Below, piece after piece: positions 23,029-30,933 of a stretch of 32,000 bases of DNA. This stretch comes from Thermofilum pendens Hrk 5 (lineage in GTDB: Archaea > Thermoproteota > Thermoprotei > Thermofilales > Thermofilaceae), in contig NC_008698.1 of the NCBI RefSeq assembly GCF_000015225.1, positions 720,001 through 752,000 of the forward strand, read 5' to 3'. A program made the position numbers and the translations under genes. The stretch's first letter is position 1; each line of letters opens with the position of its first letter. The notes beneath the pieces are model-generated. The model was not told where the DNA came from. It made no database searches and saw nothing but the letters and a program-made list of their open reading frames with translations.

Positions 23029-23057
23029 CCTTGTTCCTCACTTTCCGATGGTCTTTA

Positions 23058-23158
23058 GCCCCGGTAGCTCAGCGGGTGGAGCGTCGGCCTCGTAAGGGAG
23101 GCTGCGCGGGGTTCGAGAAAGCCGAAGGTCCCGGGTTCAAATCCCGGCCGGGGCTCCA
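23058..23158 (+). tRNA. tRNA-Thr (anticodon CGU) with a 25-nt intron at the canonical 37/38 position and an encoded CCA
   Basis: I folded the cloverleaf by hand. The acceptor stem pairs gccccgg (23058-64) with ccggggc (23148-54). The D arm is gctc/gagc. The anticodon stem pairs tcggc (23084-88) with gccga (23121-25), and the loop is ct-CGT-a[intron]a. The T arm is ccggg-ttcaaat-cccgg. The discriminator is t, followed by cca. The intron spans 23095-23119, and its ttcgag segment can pair with the anticodon-loop ctcg(t)aa, which is BHB-like. Confidence 0.9.
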
Positions 23159-23173
23159 ACGCGCGGCGCGAGA

Positions 23174-23182
23174 TTTATTTTA
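23174..23182 (+). promoter_or_regulatory. TATA-like tttatttta; it could also serve as a T-rich terminator for the tRNA
   Basis: It is centred ~26 nt upstream of GTG 23204, the start of the GH57 gene. This implies a leaderless or nearly leaderless mRNA. Confidence 0.4.
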
Positions 23183-23203
23183 GAGCGAGAAAACCTATTT
23201 TAC

Positions 23204-25138
23204 GTGTCGCAACGAGCCTCGTTCATCTTCGTACTGCACTTCCACCAACCCGTAGGGCAAAGCCTCAGGGTATTGGAACGTATACAGCGTAACTCGTACG
23301 AGCTACTCCTACGGATACTCCAAGAGCACCGGGACCTCCACTTGACTCTCCACTTTAGTGGTCCTCTCTTGATGTACTGGCGTGAGCTTTACCCCGACTT
23401 CCTCGCTAGGCTTAGAGAGACTGTCTCGAGGAGCGAGTTCGAGGTTCTCGGCGGTACGTACTCTGAAAGCGTGCTGTCGCTGCTTCCGTGGGAGGACAGG
23501 GTCTTGCAGCTCAAGAAGGGGCGCGAGCTGGTAGAGGAGACCTTGGGGGTCTCTCCCCGGGGTCTCTGGATCCCCGAGAGGGTCTGGGACCCCACGCTTC
23601 CCCCCGCGATAAGCGAGGCTGGGTACAGCTATGTGATAGTAGACGACGAGGTCGGGTATAGGTCTGGTCTTTGGAAAGACGACGTCCACAGGGCCGTCTT
23701 GACGGAGTACAGCGGGAGGAGGGTGGGAGTGCTCTTTATCGACGGGCCCGTGAGGTACATACTGCCGTGGAAAGCACCCGGAGAGGTTCTAGGCTACATA
23801 AGATCCTTCGCCACGGAGGACGGGCGACTCTACGTGCTGTGGGGCTCCGACGCCGAGAAGTTCGGAGAGTGGTGGGACGCGAGGGCCGCCGAGCAGTGGC
23901 TACGCACGTTCTTCGGCATGCTTAAGGGGGACTCGTCCGTGGCGCTCCTAACGCCGTCCGAGTACATCCTGAGGCACGGGTACCAGGGGCTCGCGTACCT
24001 CGCCCCGGGGAGCTACGACAAGATGATGGAGTGGAGTGGAGGCTACTTCCCCAACTTCCTGAGGAAGTACAGGGAGACTAACAACATGCACAAGAAGATG
24101 CTGTACGTGAGGGGAAAGCTATCCCTTCTCAAGGCGTCGAGGGAGGCGTGGGAGGAGTACCTCAAGGCGCAGTGCAACGACGCTTACTGGCACGGGCTGT
24201 TCGGAGGAGTCTACATACCGTTCCTCAGGCAGGCGGTGTTCGAACACTTGGTAAGGGCGGAGCGCTTAGCCGAGGAGGAGTCCGGCTACTACCTGGGGAA
24301 CTCCTCCGTCGTTAGAAGCCTGGACTTCGACTTCGATGGCGTGGACGAGGTGCTCATCGAGGAGAAAGAGGTCAACGCCTACGTAAAGCCGAGCGACGGA
24401 GGCTCTCTCTTCGAGCTAGACGTAAAGATGCCGGGGAAGGAGCACAACCTTCTCGCCACGATGTCGAGGTACAGGGAGCCGTACCTAGAGGATCAGAAAT
24501 CGGTTGTCCCCGACTGGTACAGGCGCGTCGCCTTCAGGGAGCACATCTGGCGCAAGGACGCCTCGAGCGCCGACTGGATTAACAACACGCCGTTCGTAGA
24601 CGTGAGCGACTTCGCCCTGGGCAACTACATCGTAGAGGCTGTAGAGGGCAACAAGCTAGTGCTCTCCTTTACGGGTAGGGACTGGAGCGACAGGAGGAGG
24701 CCGGCGCGGATACACCTCGTGAAGACCTACGAGGTGCTGGGCTCCCAGAGGACTGTCAGGGTGCGCTACAGGTGGCGCAACATGGAGAGAAGGTTCATAG
24801 ACCCCAAGCTCTCGGTGGAGGTCAGCCTGTTCCCCAGGCTGAGCTACGAGGAGGACTCCGACCCTACGTACACCGTGGACGGCTCGCAGAGGTTGAGCGT
24901 GAGGGAGGGCTTCTCCTCTCCCTGGGCCAGGACGGTGAGGGTAGAGTCGCCGGCCTTCCCGACGGTCACCGTTGAGAGCTCGAGGCACGCAGAGGTATGG
25001 GTATCCCCCATCCTCAGCTGGTACAGGACGGAGAAGGGGTTGCGGAGCGAGTACCAGGGGCTAGCCGTTTCCTTTAACTACGCGGTAGCGCTAAACCCAG
25101 GGGAAACCTTCGAAACGGAGGTGTCCCTGTCTTGGTGA
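23204..25138 (+). CDS. GH57-family alpha-glucan enzyme (alpha-amylase / 4-alpha-glucanotransferase type)
   Basis: This is a 644-aa ORF with a GTG start. It carries the GH57 hallmarks 'FVLHFHQP', 'LWIPERVWDP' (nucleophile Glu region) and 'GSDAEKFGEWW' (acid/base Asp region). Confidence 0.88.
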   Translation: MSQRASFIFVLHFHQPVGQSLRVLERIQRNSYELLLRILQEHRDLHLTLHFSGPLLMYWRELYPDFLARLRETVSRSEFEVLGGTYSESVLSLLPWEDRVLQLKKGRELVEETLGVSPRGLWIPERVWDPTLPPAISEAGYSYVIVDDEVGYRSGLWKDDVHRAVLTEYSGRRVGVLFIDGPVRYILPWKAPGEVLGYIRSFATEDGRLYVLWGSDAEKFGEWWDARAAEQWLRTFFGMLKGDSSVALLTPSEYILRHGYQGLAYLAPGSYDKMMEWSGGYFPNFLRKYRETNNMHKKMLYVRGKLSLLKASREAWEEYLKAQCNDAYWHGLFGGVYIPFLRQAVFEHLVRAERLAEEESGYYLGNSSVVRSLDFDFDGVDEVLIEEKEVNAYVKPSDGGSLFELDVKMPGKEHNLLATMSRYREPYLEDQKSVVPDWYRRVAFREHIWRKDASSADWINNTPFVDVSDFALGNYIVEAVEGNKLVLSFTGRDWSDRRRPARIHLVKTYEVLGSQRTVRVRYRWRNMERRFIDPKLSVEVSLFPRLSYEEDSDPTYTVDGSQRLSVREGFSSPWARTVRVESPAFPTVTVESSRHAEVWVSPILSWYRTEKGLRSEYQGLAVSFNYAVALNPGETFETEVSLSW

Positions 25139-25158
25139 ACCCGGATAGAACGGTCTTA

Positions 25159-26796
25159 ATGGTAGCGTTCGAAGCAACGCCCTTCGTGAAGGTCGGCGGC
25201 CTCGCGGAGGTTCCGAGCAACCTGGCGAAGGAGCTGGTCGCCCTAGGGTGGAGAGCCTACCTCGCCTTGCCGTCGCACGCGCCTCCGGGCAGGAGGGGGG
25301 AGGAGCCAGTGGCCCGCTTCGCGACGCCTCTAGGAGAAGTCTTCGTTGGCAGGGCTTCCTGGGGCGGCGTCACGTACCTGCTCTTCTCGGGATCCGCGCT
25401 GAGCGACGAGAGGGTGTACGCCGGCGAGGTAATGGACCAAAAGGTGAAGCTCTTCTCGTACGGGCTATCCCTCCTACTGCTGAACGCTGAGAAGTACGGC
25501 GTAGTGTTCCCGGACGTCATACACTTCCACGACTGGCACAGCGTGTATGCGCTCGTGAAGGTGAAGCACGACTTCCAGCAGAGGAAGGCTCGGACGCTGT
25601 TCCATGTCCACCTGCTCGTGAAGAAGCACGTAGACCCCTCGATTTTCGAGCAACTAGGGGTACCCCTCGGCTGGAGGCACGAGGTGAGGGTTAACGGTAG
25701 ATCCATGGACCTAACCCTAGGCGACGTGCTGAGAGTTTCAGGGGGTATCGCCGAGAAGATAGGAGCCCTCGAGGCCGACCGGCTAGTAACGGTGAGCGAG
25801 TCCTACCTTCTGGACGACGTGCTCCCGTTCGTGGGAGGCGAGTTCCGCGGCAAGTCTAGGGTAATCTACAACGCCACCACATGGAGCCTGAGGGGGGCCT
25901 TGGAGGAGGTACTCGGCAAGCACGGGCAAAGGCTACGCTCCTTCGCTGGGCGTAGCGAGGGCTTCAGGAGGACCGAGATAAGGAAGTACTTCCTGCTGAG
26001 GGCACTTGGAGAGCTCGAGGAAGGCGAGCCCGAGGTACCGGACGAGAGGATAAAGAAGCTCGTCTACGACCTGGCGGATCCACCCATGCGCGGTCAAGGC
26101 AAGGTTGAACCCTTCATGTTTGACGGCCCCCTAGCCATAACGACCGGGAGGCTTGCCAGGCAGAAAGGCTTTGACTTGATGGTAGAGGCTGTGCCGAGAG
26201 TGCTGAGGGAGCTCGGGGAGGCTAAGTTCGTCTTCCTCGTGCTACCCGTCTGGGGCGGGGAGGACTACGTGTACCAGCTTGCAGACCTCCAGCGCGAGTA
26301 CCCCGAGAACGTGCGCGCAGTCTTCGGCGTAGCGCCCTCGATATACAAGCTGGCGCACCTCGCCTCCGATGTGTTCTTCGCTCCTTCGAGGTGGGAGCCC
26401 TTCGGGATAATGGCTCTGGAAGCCATGTCAACCGGGAACCCCCTCGTGGCTTCGAGGACCGGGGGGTTGAAGGAGATAGTGCTGGACGTAAACGTGTACG
26501 CAGAGAGGGGTACAGGGATCCTCGTAAGACCCGACGACCCCTACGAGCTCGCAGAGGCGCTGAGAGACCTCCTCGCCTTCATGGAGGCTTCGAACACGGG
26601 CAGGATTGAGTGGTACGCGGGCAAAATAGAGAACAAGACGCTGAGGCGCATGCTCGAAGAGTACCCGGACGCGGGCGAGATTCTCAGGAAGAACTGCGTG
26701 GACAGGGTTGAAAAACACTTCTCGTGGGCGGCCTCCGCGAGGACGGCAGATTCTATCTACAGAGAGTTGCTAGAGGGAGGACAGGAGACTCTGTAG
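25159..26796 (+). CDS. glgA: glycogen synthase (GT-B fold)
   Basis: The product has 'MVAFEATPFVKVGGLAEV' (the K-x-G-G-L motif), 'TGRLARQKG' and the C-terminal 'PSRWEPFGIMALEAM' (E-x7-E). The track begins at TTG 25132, overlapping the GH57 stop. I prefer ATG 25159, though both are possible. Confidence 0.88.
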   Translation: MVAFEATPFVKVGGLAEVPSNLAKELVALGWRAYLALPSHAPPGRRGEEPVARFATPLGEVFVGRASWGGVTYLLFSGSALSDERVYAGEVMDQKVKLFSYGLSLLLLNAEKYGVVFPDVIHFHDWHSVYALVKVKHDFQQRKARTLFHVHLLVKKHVDPSIFEQLGVPLGWRHEVRVNGRSMDLTLGDVLRVSGGIAEKIGALEADRLVTVSESYLLDDVLPFVGGEFRGKSRVIYNATTWSLRGALEEVLGKHGQRLRSFAGRSEGFRRTEIRKYFLLRALGELEEGEPEVPDERIKKLVYDLADPPMRGQGKVEPFMFDGPLAITTGRLARQKGFDLMVEAVPRVLRELGEAKFVFLVLPVWGGEDYVYQLADLQREYPENVRAVFGVAPSIYKLAHLASDVFFAPSRWEPFGIMALEAMSTGNPLVASRTGGLKEIVLDVNVYAERGTGILVRPDDPYELAEALRDLLAFMEASNTGRIEWYAGKIENKTLRRMLEEYPDAGEILRKNCVDRVEKHFSWAASARTADSIYRELLEGGQETL

Positions 26797-27210
26797 AGCC
26801 GATTTGACGCTTTCTAGCTTCTTTTTGAGTTCCTCGTTCTCCCTCCTCAGCCTTTCCAGCTCCTCGCCGCCCGGCAGTACTAGCTCGACCTTTCCGCCGC
26901 TCTTGACGAAGGCTTCGTACGTCTCGCGCACAATCTTGCCTGCCTCGGTCTTGCCTTGCAGGTGGTTCCTTATCGTCGCCTCGGTCCTCCCAAGCTCCTC
27001 TGCGATCTTAGTCACGGGGTACCCTGCTCTCTCGCGAGCCAAGGCGCCCGCCGCGATGACAAGCGAGTCCAGCCACGTTATCTTGTCCTCCGCGATCCTG
27101 ATCTTTTCCAGCACATCGCTCCTCATCAGGGTGCCTAAGATCAACGCAAGCTCCAGCTTCCTAGTGTCCTCCTTTCCCACAGGTTTCAGTGGAACCTCCA
27201 TGGCCTTCAC
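26770..27210 (-). CDS. small HTH protein with a C-terminal coiled coil
   Basis: This is a 146-aa ORF. It has a helix-turn-helix, '[25 protein letters not shown]', and a C-terminal '[27 protein letters not shown]'. GTG 27210 overlaps the upstream TGA as GTGA, and ATG 27201 is an alternative start. Confidence 0.65.
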   Translation of the reverse strand: MKAMEVPLKPVGKEDTRKLELALILGTLMRSDVLEKIRIAEDKITWLDSLVIAAGALARERAGYPVTKIAEELGRTEATIRNHLQGKTEAGKIVRETYEAFVKSGGKVELVLPGGEELERLRRENEELKKKLESVKSALQSLLSSL

Positions 27211-27959
27211 CCCTGATAGTATTCTCTGCCTATCCTTATAACCTTGTCTGGATACACCACTATTCCCTTGTCAGTTATTTCGAAGGGCCTCCTCTTCATG
27301 TCGTGCTTCGTTCCGCGCATCTTCCAAACAATGAGAGATCTTACGAGCTCTCCATTTACTTCGTCGAGGTCGAGCCGCACGATACCGTCGGCCGCGTGCT
27401 CTACTCCGGGGCCACCGAACCCCCGCTCCGTCACACTAACCTGGGAGACGAAAATAGAGGTCGCGCCGAGGCCCGAGAGGACACGTTTTAGCTGCATAAG
27501 TATGGAGCGCGCCATCGCGGGTTTCGTCATGTAGAGCGTTGAGACCGAGTCTATGACCGCCCGCTCGGCCTTCACGTCCCTGATCGCCGCCTTCACCACA
27601 TCTACGAGCTCCCCGACGTCGTCTACAGACGTGACGACGTACCTCTCCCTCTTAGCCGCTTCCCCGATGCCGCCTGTGAACGCGTCCACTATGGCGAACT
27701 GCCCGCTCTCCTCGTACTTCCTGACGTCCCACCCGAACGAAGCCATGTTCCTGCGTATTTGTACCGGGTGCTCCTCGAGCGCTACGAGGACTCCGGGCTC
27801 GTTGTTCTGAAGCCCGTAGAACAGGTACTGCTGGCTGAAAATGGTTTTTCCGGTCCCGGGTCCCCCGGAGAGCAGGACTATGTTGCGCTTGGGTATCCCC
27901 CCGTAGAGAAGCTCGTCGAACCCCGGGATGCCCGTCTTGACTTTTTCGATAACGCTCAT
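27207..27959 (-). CDS. single-domain KaiC/RadA-paralog-type RecA-superfamily ATPase
   Basis: The 250-aa product has '[31 protein letters not shown]' (Walker A), '[10 protein letters not shown]' (Walker B-like) and '[13 protein letters not shown]'. Confidence 0.85.
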   Translation of the reverse strand: MSVIEKVKTGIPGFDELLYGGIPKRNIVLLSGGPGTGKTIFSQQYLFYGLQNNEPGVLVALEEHPVQIRRNMASFGWDVRKYEESGQFAIVDAFTGGIGEAAKRERYVVTSVDDVGELVDVVKAAIRDVKAERAVIDSVSTLYMTKPAMARSILMQLKRVLSGLGATSIFVSQVSVTERGFGGPGVEHAADGIVRLDLDEVNGELVRSLIVWKMRGTKHDMKRRPFEITDKGIVVYPDKVIRIGREYYQG

Positions 27960-27974
27960 ATGACTAGTTACGCG

Positions 27975-30758
27975 CTAGGAATATATAAAAATGCTTCCGT
28001 AGAGTATCCACGCCGAGAGTAGGAGGAGCGCTACCCCGAGCAACGCGTCGAGAAGCCTTCTCGCCAGGTTTATCTTCAGAGTGGAGGACTCTAAGGCCAG
28101 GAGGAGGCGACCTCCGAGTATCACGGCGGCGGCTATCGCTACTAGTGGTAGCACGAACACTAGGTTGTACACAGCAAGGAGAGCGAGCCCAGTGAGCGCT
28201 GGAAGCCTTGCGAGCAACACGCTGGCTACGAGGTAGGGGCCGCTACTACAGGGAAGCAACGTGAAGCTGACAAGCGCTCCCGCGGCGAAGCCCAGCGCTA
28301 TACTCCCCTTGCGGGCTTCCTCGAGTAGGACTTTCTGAATGGTATTCACTCTCTCGGAGAGACTTCGAAGAGGCTTGATGGAAGTAAGGGGGGTCAACGC
28401 CCCGGCAACGAAGCCTTGAATCCCTAGGCTTTTAAGTAGCATGTATACCCCCATGAGTGCCGTGAGGGCTACGAGAAGGAACCTAAGCACTGGTAGGCTC
28501 GCAACTACCCTTACGAGGCCGAGGCCCAGCAGGAAGTAGCACAGGTAGACGGCCAGTATGAATGCTGCGGCGGTTGTAGCAGCCTTCCTCCTCCCAGAGA
28601 ACGCCGAGGCCGCTAGTAGCAGGGCGGAGAAGACCATGAAAGTACACGGGTTTACGGAGTCTAGAGCCGCCAGCGCGACGACCAGGGCTAGCAGGGCTGT
28701 CTGCGACACGCTGGCCTGAGACTCCGCCGAGTGGTTAAGGGGGGCTACAAGGCCCTTCGTGACGACCGCGTAGAAGAAGGTCGAGTTGAGGGGGATTCTC
28801 GTCCTGCTCTCCCCGTACACCACGAGGGTTGTATTGGAGCACTCGAGGTTCAGTATGTTTCTCCACGCGTCGTCGCTCTGGGCCCCCACGACTACCGCTA
28901 CTAGGCATTGACCCTTGAATACGAGCGTGAACGGTATGGAGTACTGGTACCCCTTCACCGAGGCGTCGTACAGCTCCTTGTACTCCTCCAGCACTTTCCT
29001 GTCGGAAGTCTCCTTGTAGGTGTAGTTGACTCCCAGCCTGCTCAGCTGTTGCTTCGTAAGCCTGCACTCCTGGCAAGCGTCAGACCCATAAACGACGACG
29101 AGTAGCGGTTTGTTGCCTCCGCTTGTAGCGTTCGAGAACTGCTCGCTGGGCTTCGGCGCGGCTACCTGGCTGAAGCCGAAGAAAAAGAATTCCGTGTCGT
29201 TAGTGATTGTTACCGTCCACTCGCGGGTCTGGTTCAGGAAGATAACCCTCAGCGTGTACACGCCCGGCACGACCCTCGCCTCGAGATACCCGACACCTCT
29301 CGCAACCTCCCGGGCGCCGCTGAGAAGGTACAACTCCGGTTGGCCAGCATTCGACTCGCCATGCACCCTGACCGTGACCTTTCTTTTTTCCAGCACGACC
29401 CTGCGGTACTCGTTGGAGGAAAGGTTAACGGTGAACGTACTCGGCACGTAGCCCTGAGCCTCCACGGTTACAGAGTACACAGCTCTTGGCAGGGACAGGT
29501 TAAAGGTACCCCCACGCCCCCTGTACTCTGTGTTATTAACCTTCACCGTGAAGGAGTCTACGCGTTCGCCCTCCTCGTTTACGACTTCCAGCATCAGGGT
29601 ACTGTTACGCGGCTCTTGAAGCAGTTTGTACACTTCGAGCCCCCTGTAGTCGCGTACAACGATGACACCGGGTGCTACAGACAAATCCTGTATCGAGGAG
29701 AGGCTCGAGTAGATAGCCTGGGATACTCTACCGCTGGTGAAGTTCCCCGCAACGAACTGCCTTCCGTTGGCGACTACAAAGAAACCGCTGTCGAGTACCG
29801 CAAAGCGTAGCTCGTCCCCTTTGCTGTAGTTAAGCGGAAGGAGGACCTCGTAAACCGCCGCTTTCTGCGGGTCGAAGACTGTTAACCTTACCTTGAGGTC
29901 TGGCGCTTGGACCTTGTAGATATACATGTACTCCGGGGCCGATACGGAGGCACTCACGATCTCTGAGCGAATAGACTTTACATAGGAGAACTTAGGGTCA
30001 ATCCTATAGACACCTATCGTGTTGTTGTCGAAGACTATCCCCAGGTACTCGCCCACACGAACCAGAGATAAGACGTGACAGTATGTGTAGTTCTCCTTAG
30101 ATGTTCCCCGGAGTATGCTTACAACCTTCTCGTTCAGCGAGAGGCAAACGTGGCAGAGAGTCTCGATAGTCAAGGAGACTACGCTCTGGTTTACGGTTAA
30201 GAGCTGGAGAGCCCTGTTTATCGGGGACTCGATGAACGAGAGCCTAGAGGTCGGAACGTCTATGCCCAGTATGTACTTGGGGGTTAAAACGTAGAGAACC
30301 CTTCCCGCGACGAAGGCTTTCCCTATGCCGGATAGCTGTGTCCCGGGAAGAACTACCTGGAGCGTTGCCCTACCCTTCGTAACGTCGTAGAGGGTCAGCG
30401 AGGCTTCGGGCACGCCTGCGTTGTTATTGTAGTTCTTGGCTACGAGTAAGTGCGTGTCATTAATGAAGAACGCGTCTGCCCCGTAGATGTACGACAGGTC
30501 TAGCGTGCCTACAGGCGCCAAGTCGGACGTGAACAACCCTATCTTCGTTTTTCCCGACTCGCGGTACACTACCGCTAAGAACTTCCCCCCGGGGCTCACC
30601 ACGGCTTTGTCAAGGCTCCAGGAGTTACCCAGAATCCTCCCGGCTAAAACCCACTTCTCGTAAGGCTCCGCTAGAACCACGGCAGCGTATGCGAGAAAGA
30701 GTAACACAGCTAGAAGCGCGAAGACCCTCGAATACGCTAAACCCCTCTCTACACGCAC
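27975..30758 (-). CDS. 927-aa envelope protein: signal anchor, beta-rich ectodomain, two Ig-like modules, a CxxC glutaredoxin-like module and a CcdA/DsbD-type membrane core
   Basis: The ORF starts at GTG. The anchor is 'VFALLAVLLFLAYAAVVLA'. The Ig-like repeats include 'AVYSVTVEAQGYVPSTFTVNL' and 'GVYTLRVIFLNQT'. The glutaredoxin-like module is 'LLVVVYGSDACQECRLTKQQLSRLGVNYTY..IPFTLVFKG'. The TM core carries 'DSVNPCTFMVF' and 'TLLPCSSGPYL'. I count ~17 N-x-S/T sequons by hand, all before the TM core. Confidence 0.8.
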   Translation of the reverse strand: MRVERGLAYSRVFALLAVLLFLAYAAVVLAEPYEKWVLAGRILGNSWSLDKAVVSPGGKFLAVVYRESGKTKIGLFTSDLAPVGTLDLSYIYGADAFFINDTHLLVAKNYNNNAGVPEASLTLYDVTKGRATLQVVLPGTQLSGIGKAFVAGRVLYVLTPKYILGIDVPTSRLSFIESPINRALQLLTVNQSVVSLTIETLCHVCLSLNEKVVSILRGTSKENYTYCHVLSLVRVGEYLGIVFDNNTIGVYRIDPKFSYVKSIRSEIVSASVSAPEYMYIYKVQAPDLKVRLTVFDPQKAAVYEVLLPLNYSKGDELRFAVLDSGFFVVANGRQFVAGNFTSGRVSQAIYSSLSSIQDLSVAPGVIVVRDYRGLEVYKLLQEPRNSTLMLEVVNEEGERVDSFTVKVNNTEYRGRGGTFNLSLPRAVYSVTVEAQGYVPSTFTVNLSSNEYRRVVLEKRKVTVRVHGESNAGQPELYLLSGAREVARGVGYLEARVVPGVYTLRVIFLNQTREWTVTITNDTEFFFFGFSQVAAPKPSEQFSNATSGGNKPLLVVVYGSDACQECRLTKQQLSRLGVNYTYKETSDRKVLEEYKELYDASVKGYQYSIPFTLVFKGQCLVAVVVGAQSDDAWRNILNLECSNTTLVVYGESRTRIPLNSTFFYAVVTKGLVAPLNHSAESQASVSQTALLALVVALAALDSVNPCTFMVFSALLLAASAFSGRRKAATTAAAFILAVYLCYFLLGLGLVRVVASLPVLRFLLVALTALMGVYMLLKSLGIQGFVAGALTPLTSIKPLRSLSERVNTIQKVLLEEARKGSIALGFAAGALVSFTLLPCSSGPYLVASVLLARLPALTGLALLAVYNLVFVLPLVAIAAAVILGGRLLLALESSTLKINLARRLLDALLGVALLLLSAWILYGSIFIYS

Positions 30759-30933
30759 AACTCACCAAAAGAGAACCGGGTACTTAACGTTTATGCGCGC
30801 GTGGTTGTACGCCGCGAGAGGGGAGCCTTCCCCCGGTTTCCACGTTAAAAGCCCGCGCGCGAATAGCAGAAATAACGCAAAAAGCGTAATATCCCCGCGC
30901 GTTAAAGTGACGGAGGATGCGCGGTGGCATCGA

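Noticed and set aside
22596-23057. Whether the GC-rich structured gap might encode SRP RNA or RNase P RNA
   Set aside because: I could not find the conserved SRP helix-8 motifs (GGAA-type tetraloop with flanking AGCA/GGUCC-like segments) or the RNase P CR-I 'GAGGAAAGUCC'-type elements. This is a by-eye judgement only, and an Infernal search would settle it.
19007-23158. Integrated virus or plasmid at tRNA-Thr
   Set aside because: I saw no integrase (intact or split), no direct repeat of the tRNA 3' half and no recognisable viral or plasmid genes. The islet also lies on the 5' side of the tRNA. I kept it only as a compositional and orphan-gene observation.
22986-23183. 65-aa + strand ORF
   Set aside because: It overlaps the entire tRNA-Thr gene, and the cloverleaf explains the sequence.
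27207-27959. KaiC-like ATPase as the FlaH/ArlH-type partner of the T2SSF protein at 7287-8147
   Set aside because: The two genes are ~19 kb apart in different operons, and there is no FlaI-type ATPase or archaellin. Sequence alone cannot distinguish FlaH from other KaiC-like proteins.
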